Origin: a virus
UHGV virus genome: UHGV-0212259
Direction: 5' to 3' (one strand)
Length of the DNA stretch: 44,951 nt
Shown here: piece by piece, positions 7,228 through 15,786 of the stretch
Position numbering within the stretch: position 1 is the first letter of the stretch
Layout of the letters: each line of letters begins with the position of its first letter
The notes under the pieces: model-generated
Database searches by the model: none
Told to the model about the DNA's origin: nothing
The model's input: the letters and a program-made list of their open reading frames with translations, nothing else
Position numbers and translations under genes: made by a program

Positions 7228-8478
7228 TTAAAGTGCGAAAGTCACCGGGATGTTGATTACTGGTTTAACCACCGGCATCTCATAAACTACAGGATAGCCG
7301 AGAGCATCTGCCATATGGTCAATGATGCCGTCTTTAGCTGGCTCTCCATTATCGTCGTATGCCTGCTGCTCCAGCGTCTTCGCTATCTCAGGGCATAAGT
7401 GGTCGTTAATCCACAGCTTACCTTTTTCCAGCGCGGTATTCACCGCTAAAACACGGTCTTTAACCGGGGGGTTGGCGGATTTAGCGCGAACATCAAAACC
7501 GGCCTGCTGTAGTAAGGCGATATCAGAGATTGATGCCGAGTTGGTTTTGCGGTTCTTGCCGCTGGCGTCGGGGTAAACGACGATGCGGTGGCCCTGCGAC
7601 TTCCACTTCTCGGTAATTACCCGCACGGTGTCTGGTGTATCGAACAGGCCTTTCAGTTCTGCAACCGCGTGCCAGCCGTCTTTACGCTGCACATACACGG
7701 CGCTGGCGTTCTTCGTAACGTTGAAGTCCTGCCCTATGTACAGCGTGTCCCCCGGTTGAATCGTCTCTTTGCTGCGATGTTTGCGGCGGTCATAGGCGTA
7801 ATACACGCTGCCGGAGGTAAGGTTGACGAACTCACCATTCAGGTACGCGTTAATCAGTTGCGCCGGGTAAGTCTCTGTCAGCGAGCTAATGTAATCCGGC
7901 GGAAGGAATCGCGCATTCTCGTGAGTTGATGCCTGCACCATTGAGTAACTCGGTGTCGGATTCTCTTTGAACTTGGCAAAGACGAACTTGAACCCTTCCG
8001 GCGTCGTGGTAACAGAGATGTGGTTAGTTACGCCAGGAATAACCAGACGCATACGGGCTACAATTTTGTTCCACGCCAGCTCAGCTTTTTCGCGACTCAA
8101 TACGTCCAGCTCATCCACGACCGCAGCCGCGATTTTGAAGCCCACAATCGAACCGGGGTTATCCATCGAACGGCAGATAACAGTACCGAGCACCGTCTTA
8201 CCCCGAGTAACCACAACCTCTTTGTCGCCGGATTTAACCAGCACATCAAGGCCGAGCAGGTTAGCCGCCTCCTCGAATGTTGGGTAGAAGATGTCGCGTA
8301 TGGCCGGGTATGTCGGGCCGAAGTAGCCAAGGCGCGTACCAGGGTGCTTTAGCATAAAAGTAAGCAGGTCAAGGCAGCCGACGAAGGTCTTGCCACTGCC
8401 GAAGCCGCCGACATAGGCCTTGTATTTGTTATCGCAATTCAGAAACAACGCCTGAGGGGCCGATAGCTGGATACTCAT
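7228..8478 (-). CDS. Terminase large subunit
   Basis: 416 aa; N-terminal Walker A-like GGFGSGKTF; start overlaps stop of upstream small-subunit gene; followed by portal. Confidence 0.85.
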   Translation of the reverse strand: MSIQLSAPQALFLNCDNKYKAYVGGFGSGKTFVGCLDLLTFMLKHPGTRLGYFGPTYPAIRDIFYPTFEEAANLLGLDVLVKSGDKEVVVTRGKTVLGTVICRSMDNPGSIVGFKIAAAVVDELDVLSREKAELAWNKIVARMRLVIPGVTNHISVTTTPEGFKFVFAKFKENPTPSYSMVQASTHENARFLPPDYISSLTETYPAQLINAYLNGEFVNLTSGSVYYAYDRRKHRSKETIQPGDTLYIGQDFNVTKNASAVYVQRKDGWHAVAELKGLFDTPDTVRVITEKWKSQGHRIVVYPDASGKNRKTNSASISDIALLQQAGFDVRAKSANPPVKDRVLAVNTALEKGKLWINDHLCPEIAKTLEQQAYDDNGEPAKDGIIDHMADALGYPVVYEMPVVKPVINIPVTFAL

Positions 8479-9020
8479 TCCTCCACCTCGCCCATATTCG
8501 TTGTTACTATTTTACCTACAGGCTCCGCGACACTGAAAATAATCTCGGTCGGTGCCGGTTCTTCGGTGGATTCGACTGGTTTATCTTTGCCAAGACCCAG
8601 CTTAGCCGCGGCAAACGTAGCAGAAATACCGGCGGCCCCTGTCTCGGTAAAGTATGCCTCTTCCAACGCCTGCGCGGTTTCATATGCTTCTGCAAATGCG
8701 GGAATCTCGCGCAACCACAGCTTAATAATCGGGATAGTGACGCCGATGTGCAAGGCAAAACGGGCCAATGACGGTGGTTTATCCTGAATCAGCGGGCGTT
8801 CGTCACCCTTTGACGTAGGCACTAGTTCCCACGACGTGCGGTCGAAGAAACGAATCAATTCGTCGCAATAGTCCGGGTCCCACAACGCGGCGGAATTACG
8901 GGATGATTGATAAAGGCTCTGTTTACCGCGCGGTCGTCTACGGCGACGGTTTGCGCTAACAGCTTCTTCATGTGCCGCTTGCACCACCTCTGGCGATGGC
9001 TGCTTAAGTTTCAGCTTCAT
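8475..9020 (-). CDS. Terminase small subunit (putative)
   Basis: About 181 aa ORF directly upstream of and overlapping the large terminase gene; basic N-terminal region; start placed at ATG 9020 with AAGGGGA SD (track ORF extends to 9059). Confidence 0.5.
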   Translation of the reverse strand: MKLKLKQPSPEVVQAAHEEAVSANRRRRRPRGKQSLYQSSRNSAALWDPDYCDELIRFFDRTSWELVPTSKGDERPLIQDKPPSLARFALHIGVTIPIIKLWLREIPAFAEAYETAQALEEAYFTETGAAGISATFAAAKLGLGKDKPVESTEEPAPTEIIFSVAEPVGKIVTTNMGEVEE

Positions 9021-9112
9021 AGAATCCCCTTGCATATGCGTCTGACCATCAGAGCGCACCAGACGCGCCCTACGCGTCTAAAGGGATTATATAAGGGGAT
9101 TGGGCGGGATGT

Positions 9113-9136
9113 ACAGAAAAGCCCTCCGTAGAGGGC
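9113..9136 (-). terminator. Rho-independent terminator closing the early small-gene block
   Basis: Hairpin GCCCTC-cgta-GAGGGC at 9121..9136 followed on the minus strand by UUUUCUGU. Confidence 0.5.
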
Positions 9137-9293
9137 TTGTGGTGTGGCTATTTTCGGCTTACCACCCATTGCAGTAATTGATTTATGCAATCTGCTTTCG
9201 AAAACCCGTTAAAGGACTTTGAGTAAACACCGTACATCACAGTCAAAAACACCGTTCCGCGGTATTCCTCAAATAAAACATCATCAAACTCAA

Positions 9294-9530
9294 TCATTCC
9301 CCACTCTCCTCTTTAGCAATACGTTGCTCAGTTTTAGTGATGCCCCTGCGCGTGAATAACACCGGGCTTGTCTTAACGTGCGTCATAAGACGGTTGTTAT
9401 AAATTACGTGGCGCTCGCAGTCAACGTCTTTGCTGTACTTCGCAATCGTCATTTCGTTGATGCCGGTTTGTCGGCATGTCTCCGCCATCGTGCCGTATTC
9501 TTTTATCAGGTTCGGAATGCTGGTAATCAT
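9294..9530 (-). CDS. Hypothetical small protein, possible HTH DNA-binding
   Basis: 78 aa; segment GTMAETCRQTGINEMTIAKYSKD resembles a helix-turn-helix. Confidence 0.3.
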   Translation of the reverse strand: MITSIPNLIKEYGTMAETCRQTGINEMTIAKYSKDVDCERHVIYNNRLMTHVKTSPVLFTRRGITKTEQRIAKEESGE

Positions 9531-9745
9531 TCTGCAGCAATCTCCACTATGGATATAATTGCAACCTTCGAGTTGGGTGGCATACGCGAGGCCACATCTG
9601 ATTCAATCGATCGAATATCCTTTACTGTAAGTTTTTCACCTTTTTCTGGTGACGCCGTACAGTTGCCGAAGCCAGTTCCTGCGACGCTTGTCCAGGCATA
9701 ACTGATAAAGAAACGTTTCATCATAAGAAATTCCTCGTTGTCCAC
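9527..9745 (-). CDS. Hypothetical small protein with N-terminal hydrophobic/signal-like segment
   Basis: 72 aa; MMKRFFISYAWTSVAGTGFG hydrophobic N-terminus. Confidence 0.3.
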   Translation of the reverse strand: MDNEEFLMMKRFFISYAWTSVAGTGFGNCTASPEKGEKLTVKDIRSIESDVASRMPPNSKVAIISIVEIAAE

Positions 9746-9888
9746 ATCGCATTCGGATATTTGTTATCGCGGTCCTGCACTACAGCAATCATGTTTCCAC
9801 GTTGCACCAGGCAGACGTGCCGCTGTTGCTCGCCGTTGTAGCGGCGCCAGATTGCTTCTTCGATTGCTGCGTTAATGTCACTGAACAT
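9724..9888 (-). CDS. Hypothetical small protein (about 54 aa)
   Basis: ATG-initiated ORF MFSDINAAIEEAIWRRYNGEQQRH... filling the gap between neighbouring genes; below ORF-track length cutoff. Confidence 0.25.
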
Positions 9889-10138
9889 ACCCAACGCCCC
9901 ACATAACTAACATCCCAACCGCTACACCAATGAGGATTGATACTGTGGTATTAGTCCACGCCCGCTGGCTGCGCAAAGTTTCGGCGTTCTCCAGAATATC
10001 GCGAACACGCATTAAGTGTTCAATCTCCAGTTTCGCGGCGGTCAGTTCCTGAGTTGCTTTTGAATATTTACCGTTAACCCTGTCGAGAGCCTTCTTAAGG
10101 TCTTTGTTGTTCTTCTTGAGTTGCTCGATCTGCTCCAT
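9878..10138 (-). CDS. Coiled-coil protein with C-terminal TM anchor
   Basis: 86 aa; heptad-like coiled coil (EQIEQLKKNNKDLKKALDRV...) then hydrophobic tail VSILIGVAVGMLVMWGVGYV. Confidence 0.4.
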   Translation of the reverse strand: MEQIEQLKKNNKDLKKALDRVNGKYSKATQELTAAKLEIEHLMRVRDILENAETLRSQRAWTNTTVSILIGVAVGMLVMWGVGYVQ

Positions 10139-10140
10139 AA

Positions 10141-10323
10141 CTACCCCACTATCTCGTCACCAAGCCACGCCGTTTCTCGTATATCGTCAACCACACAGGC
10201 GGCGTGCTCACGGCTAATTGCAAAAATGTAGAAGCTGAACTTCTTCCCGTCGGCGTCGATATGGTTAACCGAGTAGGGTTTCCACAAGACGCCATCGATA
10301 ACTACTGGTTTAGGCGACTCCAT
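10141..10323 (-). CDS. Hypothetical protein
   Basis: 60 aa ORF tightly packed in the early gene block. Confidence 0.3.
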   Translation of the reverse strand: MESPKPVVIDGVLWKPYSVNHIDADGKKFSFYIFAISREHAACVVDDIRETAWLGDEIVG

Positions 10324-10600
10324 CTTCTGGTCCGACTACATTGTCATACAGCGGGATTATTACGTCGGCTCCGTTCTTTAAGGCCCCGTTTGCCGTGGTG
10401 TAGTAGGCCAGTGACGAACCACTCTCACCGACGAACAACCCCGCGTACACGTTCGGTTCTTGCATCTTAATAGCCAGTAGCTCTTTAAACGCCTCCAGTT
10501 GAAACTCACCGTTAATTGATAGTTGCCCGCCTAACGTCTGTTTCTCTGACTCAAGCACCAGGATACGGTTCTCGAGTGATGCGATTGTGATTTTAGGCAT
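10310..10600 (-). CDS. Hypothetical protein
   Basis: 96 aa ORF; stop/start overlaps with neighbours. Confidence 0.35.
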   Translation of the reverse strand: MPKITIASLENRILVLESEKQTLGGQLSINGEFQLEAFKELLAIKMQEPNVYAGLFVGESGSSLAYYTTANGALKNGADVIIPLYDNVVGPEDGVA

Positions 10601-10851
10601 TATTCTGCTCCCTCATAAAAATCACCATTTCTGTAATCGCCATCAAAATCGTCGTTAGTAGGAGCAGGTTTGTTCAGGTTGAAGCGGTTAATCAGTTCAC
10701 GACGTGTCTCGTAAAGCGACTCTACCATTTGTTCAGCTACAGCGATTTTAGTATTCAGGACGTGCATCACGTGGCTGATGTCTACGCCGCCGTTAACAGC
10801 CTCTACCATCATCTTTTCGTATTCGCGGTCAGTCATTTCTTCTCTCCCCAC
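10600..10851 (-). CDS. Hypothetical protein
   Basis: 83 aa ORF (alternative ATG at 10833). Confidence 0.35.
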   Translation of the reverse strand: MGREEMTDREYEKMMVEAVNGGVDISHVMHVLNTKIAVAEQMVESLYETRRELINRFNLNKPAPTNDDFDGDYRNGDFYEGAE

Positions 10852-10988
10852 ATGCGATTGAGATACTTGTTCTTGTCCGGCCCAGGGAAACTGTTACGTT
10901 TCATCAGTTCCTCGCGTGTAGGGAACGGGGTGTTACTGACTTTACGGCCTACTCGTAATGGTTGGCTTACTTGACCTTGTTCGCTCAT
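10830..10988 (-). CDS. Hypothetical small protein (about 52 aa)
   Basis: ATG ORF MSEQGQVSQPLRVGRKVSNTPFPTREEL...; overlaps neighbours by a few nt. Confidence 0.25.
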
Positions 10989-11137
10989 TTCTTCTCTCCT
11001 GCGTAAGCTGCTTTCAGTGTTTGCATCGCAGCGAACCAGAACGCGTCAGCGGGGATACTGCTACTAAGGTTACTAACGGCGATACGTGCCATCAGTTGTG
11101 CGTCTTTGAATGCTTCGATATCTGTGATTTTCATCTT
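10985..11137 (-). CDS. Hypothetical small protein (about 50 aa)
   Basis: ATG ORF MKITDIEAFKDAQLMARIAV... about 25 nt downstream of the predicted transcription start of the minus-strand promoter at 11168..11196. Confidence 0.25.
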   Translation of the reverse strand, partial: KMKITDIEAFKDAQLMARIAVSNLSSSIPADAFWFAAMQTLKAAYAGEKK

Positions 11138-11167
11138 CTCTACTCCGTTCTCGTTGTCGATGAAGTA

Positions 11168-11196
11168 AATATAATAGGGTCGAAGGTAATAGTCAA
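11168..11196 (-). promoter_or_regulatory. Sigma70-like promoter (TTGACT-17-TATATT) with operator palindrome overlapping the -35
   Basis: Minus-strand TTGACT (11196..11191), 17-nt spacer, TATATT (11173..11168); operator TGAATAGTTGACTATTA spans the -35. Confidence 0.5.
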
Positions 11197-11218
11197 CTAT
11201 TCATTGCAGAAAATAGAT

Positions 11219-11250
11219 AAAAAAAAATCCCGGCTGGGTCAGGGCCGGGA
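11219..11250 (-). terminator. Rho-independent terminator after the endolysin gene
   Basis: Hairpin TCCCGGC..GCCGGGA at 11228..11250 followed on the minus strand by a 9-nt U-run. Confidence 0.65.
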
Positions 11251-11403
11251 TAAAACTGGAGAGCAGAGGGATGGAGCAGGAGGTGATTTAAGTATCGTCG
11301 GATTAGTCTCAGGTGTCAACCTTTACGGAGAGTGTCAATCACACCCCAAATCACGCCAGTTATCGCACCAGCCCAATAGCCAGGAAAATGAAGTCAAACT
11401 CTG

Positions 11404-11904
11404 TCATTTAACAGCCCTCCCGATAGCCTCAGCCTCTTGCCACGGTTTACCGTCGAACAGGGCCAGACGCCCTGCCGTACGGCGACGCAGGCCTAGTAGC
11501 GGTTTGCCGTTCTGGTTGATGAACAGCGCCAGCTTGGCACGCAGGGCCACAACATCGCCCGAGCGGAGTGCCTTACCCGTGCCGGTGGTAGCTGCAATCA
11601 CACCGGCGCCCGCGTTATACACCAGGTCGCAAACAGCGTCGAACTGCGCCTGTGTCAGTGAATGGTGCGCCACCGAATCCACCGCAGCTACGGCCTTAGC
11701 CATATCGCGATTAAGTAACAGGAGGCCTTGTCCCGGTGTGATAGTCTGCCCGGCCTTAACATGTGGGCCATAGCTTCCGTACCCAATAGTAAGGTACTTC
11801 TCATTTGGCGTAGCACGATATGCAGTTCCACGGAACCCCTCGAACGCAGCGGTAAAATGCAATCCATTATCTGAAATGTTTCGAGACACGCTTATGCCCT
11901 CCAT
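11404..11904 (-). CDS. Endolysin, lysozyme-like glycoside hydrolase (GH24-type)
   Basis: 166 aa; N-terminal FEGFRGTAY...YLTIGYGSYG motif block typical of phage lysozymes; directly downstream of two membrane-protein genes. Confidence 0.75.
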   Translation of the reverse strand: MEGISVSRNISDNGLHFTAAFEGFRGTAYRATPNEKYLTIGYGSYGPHVKAGQTITPGQGLLLLNRDMAKAVAAVDSVAHHSLTQAQFDAVCDLVYNAGAGVIAATTGTGKALRSGDVVALRAKLALFINQNGKPLLGLRRRTAGRLALFDGKPWQEAEAIGRAVK

Positions 11905-12139
11905 ACGACAGCCACGCCTGACGAATCTGGCGCAGCGCGACTAATGTGATTAATGTCTCAGGCAGCGTAGGCGACATGCTGCCCTGTAACAGGTGAATAC
12001 ATCCGGCGGCACAGACGATAGCAGTCAGGATATAGAGAACACGCCCGAACAGCCCGTCGTCCACGCGTTCATTATACACGTTGAACAGGGACGAAGCGCC
12101 CATTGCCAGCATTACGACAAACCAGAATAGCTCAGTCAT
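11867..12139 (-). CDS. Small membrane protein, second holin or antiholin
   Basis: About 90 aa from ATG 12139 (ATGA overlap with upstream holin stop); two predicted TM helices; overlaps endolysin start. Confidence 0.45.
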   Translation of the reverse strand: MTELFWFVVMLAMGASSLFNVYNERVDDGLFGRVLYILTAIVCAAGCIHLLQGSMSPTLPETLITLVALRQIRQAWLSYGGHKRVSKHFR

Positions 12140-12440
12140 GCGGTCCTCCTGGGCGGGCAATATCGCCGCCCGATACGATGCCAGAAAGGCGGGAATAGAT
12201 AGGCATCCAGAGAATGGCAATGATGAATCCGAGGCCAGCTATCTCGCGCTCCCCGGTAATGCCAAACCATTGAGCTGCAAGAGGTGCGCCAAATACGGCG
12301 CAAGTGAAGCCGGTTGCGATAAAGCAGAAGCCGTCGATAGGGCCAGAAATAACGGACTTATGTTGTCGCAGTCCGATAACCCCTCCAGCAAGAGCGGCCG
12401 CCAGAAGCCACCCCGTCACTGTTTCAGTAAATTTATCCAA
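12132..12440 (-). CDS. Holin (multi-TM small membrane protein)
   Basis: 102 aa; TTG start; three hydrophobic segments; first gene of holin / membrane protein / endolysin cassette. Confidence 0.55.
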   Translation of the reverse strand: MDKFTETVTGWLLAAALAGGVIGLRQHKSVISGPIDGFCFIATGFTCAVFGAPLAAQWFGITGEREIAGLGFIIAILWMPIYSRLSGIVSGGDIARPGGPHD

Positions 12441-12499
12441 GATGAATCCTCCAGGTGCGTATTAAGTATGCAGTAACTGGAGGATACCACGGGTAGGAA

Positions 12500-12940
12500 T
12501 TATCCTAATAGTTGTTTGGTAATAATCTTGCCGCCGGTGTTAGTGTCGAACTTCGATGCAACGGCTACGCCGCCATGCGCCGAATATTCGCACTCCATAG
12601 CGGCTAATGCATATGGCGAGCCAGACCCCACGGCGGCGTACACATCAGCAACCGGAATAACTGAACTAAGTGCACAATCCCATGATTTATAGAACGCGAC
12701 TTTGTACACCTTTTCTGTGTCTTTCACGAACACCAGGGCTTCGAAATCGAAGTCATAATGTCTTGCCTGAAGGATATACGGACAATCGATAAGCATAGTT
12801 CCGACTCCGGCATCACCAGCTACCCCGATAACATAGACATCACTCTCATATATCTTTGTGTCTGTGTTGTAACAGTTACTTCCGCACACAACACGGGTGT
12901 CACAGGCCATTGTCTTTCCGTCAAACGCGATTGTAGTCAT
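12500..12940 (-). CDS. HslV/proteasome-beta-like N-terminal-nucleophile hydrolase (putative threonine peptidase)
   Basis: 146 aa; begins MTTIAFDG (Thr directly after Met as in HslV); VIGVAGDAG and AVGSGSPYALAA segments resemble HslV GFAGG and GSGGPYA blocks; similarity judged from memory. Confidence 0.5.
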   Translation of the reverse strand: MTTIAFDGKTMACDTRVVCGSNCYNTDTKIYESDVYVIGVAGDAGVGTMLIDCPYILQARHYDFDFEALVFVKDTEKVYKVAFYKSWDCALSSVIPVADVYAAVGSGSPYALAAMECEYSAHGGVAVASKFDTNTGGKIITKQLLG

Positions 12941-13230
12941 TTATGTCTCCAGATGTATTGTCGTCTCTGCGGTTTCGTCGGAATATCTTCATACCCCAGC
13001 GATTTCCAGTAATTAAATAACCTATTAGCGATAGCTGCGCGTTCCTGTGTTTTGAACTCACCGAGATTCACGGCCTTCCCGTTCTGAAATCCACAGGCGC
13101 GGACCGCTTTGCGTCTGGCCTGAATCTCTGGGTACAGCGAGTTACGGCGGCGCTTATGTATTCTGGTGTTCGCTCTCGGTGACAGCGGCGCAAGGCCGCT
13201 TCGTTTCAGGATGTCAGTTGCAAGAGACAT
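12937..13230 (-). CDS. Small basic protein, possible AP2-like DNA-binding domain
   Basis: About 97 aa from ATG 13230; segment NGKAVNLGEFKTQERAAIANRLFNYWKSLGYE resembles the AP2-like C-terminal region of the two HNH endonucleases in this window. Confidence 0.3.
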   Translation of the reverse strand: MSLATDILKRSGLAPLSPRANTRIHKRRRNSLYPEIQARRKAVRACGFQNGKAVNLGEFKTQERAAIANRLFNYWKSLGYEDIPTKPQRRQYIWRHK

Positions 13231-13517
13231 CACTCCACCCCTTCCACATGTGTAACAGCCCCACAGTTCGCGCACTCGACGTAATCCGGGAACTGGTCTT
13301 TGTATTTCTGTAACTCGGCGTTCACTTCTGCCAGTCTTGACACAAGCCCCTCTATTTCCATATCCGTAGTGGTTATGTAGTCCTGGAAACTGTCGTCCAG
13401 TTCCTTGTAATCTTCGTAACTTATCCAGTCGCCTTCGTCACTCTTAACCAGCTCATGATACGGGTGGCACGAGTTAACACACACAGCTCTAAACTCATAT
13501 CTCTGTACCATAATCAC
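13230..13517 (-). CDS. Hypothetical protein with C-terminal CxxC
   Basis: 95 aa; CVNSCHPYHE and YVECANCGAVTHV motifs. Confidence 0.35.
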   Translation of the reverse strand: MIMVQRYEFRAVCVNSCHPYHELVKSDEGDWISYEDYKELDDSFQDYITTTDMEIEGLVSRLAEVNAELQKYKDQFPDYVECANCGAVTHVEGVE

Positions 13518-13717
13518 TTCTCCTGTTTACCAAGTCGCTTAGGTGAGCATATAGCGCGTACCTCTGAATCGTTGGGCTTGTCGCCCTGAAACAGGAAGTG
13601 CGCGTTCTCTGCGGCGCGTGCTGCAGACTGGCACGCCTCCATCGAATAAAACGTTTCTGCTGCCGCTAGTTGCATCTGGCCCGCAGACAGTACCCAGATA
13701 AAGAGGATGCCGGTCAT
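13514..13717 (-). CDS. Small secreted/periplasmic protein (signal peptide)
   Basis: 67 aa; N-terminal hydrophobic signal-like segment MTGILFIWVLSAGQMQLAAA. Confidence 0.35.
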   Translation of the reverse strand: MTGILFIWVLSAGQMQLAAAETFYSMEACQSAARAAENAHFLFQGDKPNDSEVRAICSPKRLGKQEK

Positions 13718-14412
13718 TCAGGTATAACCCCTCCGCAGTTGTCGCATACTATCGTGTTTCCGTGGTAGGTACCGCAGTGGGCAGGAACGCACTGACATAC
13801 AGGAAGCCCCACGTCTTCCTTACGGCAACCAGATTGCTCGGCTATAACCCCGCATTTGGCACAACGCCTATGCTCTTCGCCGTTAGGGTAATAATATTCC
13901 CACTCATGTTTGCATTTCTGCGTATAGGCTTTCGGCTCATACTCCGGGTCATCCCACTCACGCACACCACATTCGCAGCAAAACCGACTACCAGGCACGT
14001 TGCCCTCGTGGCCTTCGGCAATAAACAATCCTGGAGCGATAATCCAATTGTGGTCGCATTCCTGAGTATCTTCTTTTCGGCAACCGGATTGTTCTGGTGC
14101 ATCCTTACATCCGAGTTCCTCAAGTGCTTTGCTAAGGTATTGGCGACGCATGGTGTCAGTCATTGCACTATTTGCCCGCCGGATGTACCCAATCGCGCCT
14201 TTAGGGTCCAGGTCAACGATTGAACGAAGACACATAACCTCGTTTTCAGCGCAATCCAGCGCACAGGTTAGTTCCTTAATCTGCGCCGAAGCATCACGTA
14301 ACTGATTCTTAAGTGACTGCACTTCATGCGCCAGGTCTTCGCACCGGTTGTTATTTACCTGCTGCCGTAGCTGGTCAATCAGGTACTCGAATACTTCGTT
14401 TTTGTTACTCAT
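13714..14412 (-). CDS. Cys-rich protein with N-terminal coiled coil and internal repeat (probable zinc-binding)
   Basis: 232 aa; multiple CxxC pairs (CCECG, CAKCG, CDNCGG); the nonapeptide EQSGCRKED occurs twice. Confidence 0.45.
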   Translation of the reverse strand: MSNKNEVFEYLIDQLRQQVNNNRCEDLAHEVQSLKNQLRDASAQIKELTCALDCAENEVMCLRSIVDLDPKGAIGYIRRANSAMTDTMRRQYLSKALEELGCKDAPEQSGCRKEDTQECDHNWIIAPGLFIAEGHEGNVPGSRFCCECGVREWDDPEYEPKAYTQKCKHEWEYYYPNGEEHRRCAKCGVIAEQSGCRKEDVGLPVCQCVPAHCGTYHGNTIVCDNCGGVIPE

Positions 14413-14440
14413 ATTCTCTCTCTCCTCTCGTTTGTGTAAA

Positions 14441-14472
14441 TGAATAGTAGTCTATTCTATCTCAGTGTGCAA
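14441..14472 (-). promoter_or_regulatory. Promoter with overlapping operator (type A, minus strand)
   Basis: Minus-strand TTGCAC-N7-TAGAAT followed by AGACTACTATTCA; palindrome TGAATAGTAGTCTATTC at 14441..14457; about 30 nt upstream of ATG 14412. Confidence 0.5.
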
Positions 14473-14479
14473 GTAAATT

Positions 14480-14710
14480 TTATTGGTGTTTTAGTAACTC
14501 GCTTTCACCCGCTCCGGTTATCTGAACCACATCACGAGCAGCATTGAGGTACACGGTTCTTATAAGCCCTTTACTACGGAGGCGTCTGGCGACCATAGTG
14601 CATAACTCATCAGAATCTTGCCACCAGTAACGGTCGAACCTGCCCATGAGCATAGTTCTGCCGTTCGCTATTTCCCGTAGGGTCTCTGCCTGTCGTTTCG
14701 TTAGTTTCAT
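14480..14710 (-). CDS. Hypothetical protein
   Basis: 76 aa ORF with SD. Confidence 0.35.
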   Translation of the reverse strand: MKLTKRQAETLREIANGRTMLMGRFDRYWWQDSDELCTMVARRLRSKGLIRTVYLNAARDVVQITGAGESELLKHQ

Positions 14711-14845
14711 TGTTGCATCTCCTGCAATAATCGCTTCTATTGTTGCGTTCGGTGAAAGTGTCGCTTTTTGACGACACTAATCTAAAGTTGTACGCTGCTG
14801 TGTAGCAGCGTAAGTCACTCAGTCAAATAGTAACCTATTGACCTG

Positions 14846-15046
14846 TTACACCAGTTTCGGCGGTTTAGGCAATTTCCTCCAGTGCGTTATATCCTCGTTG
14901 TCTATGACAGAGTTGAATTCATCCCAACTATCCCACTCATCCGAATCATCATCGAACCATTTAATCTCAACCTCTCCCCCATCAGTCACAAGTACATGAG
15001 AGAAAGGAGCGGGCATCTGCTCACTGCACTTAATCCACTTACCCAT
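14846..15046 (-). CDS. Hypothetical acidic small protein (resembles the phage DUF551 family from memory)
   Basis: 66 aa; MGKWIKCSEQMPAP...WFDDDSDEWDSWDEF. Confidence 0.4.
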   Translation of the reverse strand: MGKWIKCSEQMPAPFSHVLVTDGGEVEIKWFDDDSDEWDSWDEFNSVIDNEDITHWRKLPKPPKLV

Positions 15047-15196
15047 ATCTCACCTCGTATTCATCACAGCTTGCACACCAGCTTTCCACGCCCGCCACGC
15101 TAGACGCGTCTTAACGTTCAGGTACTCTTTCTTTGAACCTTTGTTAACCGGCAGACCCTCGACGACAGCCCACCGTTCGAATGCTTCTCTCACAAC

Positions 15197-15400
15197 TCAG
15201 CCCTCATCGTCATTTTCTCTCCCTAGATATGAAAGAGATGTAATAGCGGCGGCGGTAAATCCATCACAGTCAATCATACGTTTTAGTTTCTCCACATCGT
15301 CCTGCGATTTTATGCGAAACAGTAATTGCGCCACCCCCGCCACCGAGGACCTCCCACCCTCTGACACAGCGTTATAGTGATAAATATATCTATTGCTCAT
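15197..15400 (-). CDS. Hypothetical protein
   Basis: ORF with start at internal ATG (MSNRYIYHYN...). Confidence 0.3.
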   Translation of the reverse strand: MSNRYIYHYNAVSEGGRSSVAGVAQLLFRIKSQDDVEKLKRMIDCDGFTAAAITSLSYLGRENDDEG

Positions 15401-15471
15401 ACCAACCCCCACAACACGTGCACCACACAAACGGCGATGACAATTAAAATAAACTGGTAATTATTCATAAC

Positions 15472-15729
15472 TTAGTCCTTAACCCGTACCCAAAACTCAC
15501 CGTGTGACCAGCACCATAAAAGATTAGGCGTCTCGCGAACCCACCCGTAGTCCTTACGTGCACGAATCGGGATAATACCCTTAGTGAAATAATAACCTGT
15601 TCGCAGAAACTCAGGGTCGCGAGTCGCAGTGCGCCACATGTTATAAAACTGCTCCAGCCCGGAACCCCGGCGCATGACCCGTATTTTATGGTTATATTCC
15701 GCTACTGTTTTCAGTTCAGTGTTATTCAT
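15472..15729 (-). CDS. Hypothetical Trp-rich protein
   Basis: 85 aa ORF MNNTELKTVAEYNHK... Confidence 0.35.
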   Translation of the reverse strand: MNNTELKTVAEYNHKIRVMRRGSGLEQFYNMWRTATRDPEFLRTGYYFTKGIIPIRARKDYGWVRETPNLLWCWSHGEFWVRVKD

Positions 15730-15786
15730 TTACGGCAACCTCCCTCAGAGTCGTCGGCACTGGCGCCATGATTCGGCGCCGTGGGT

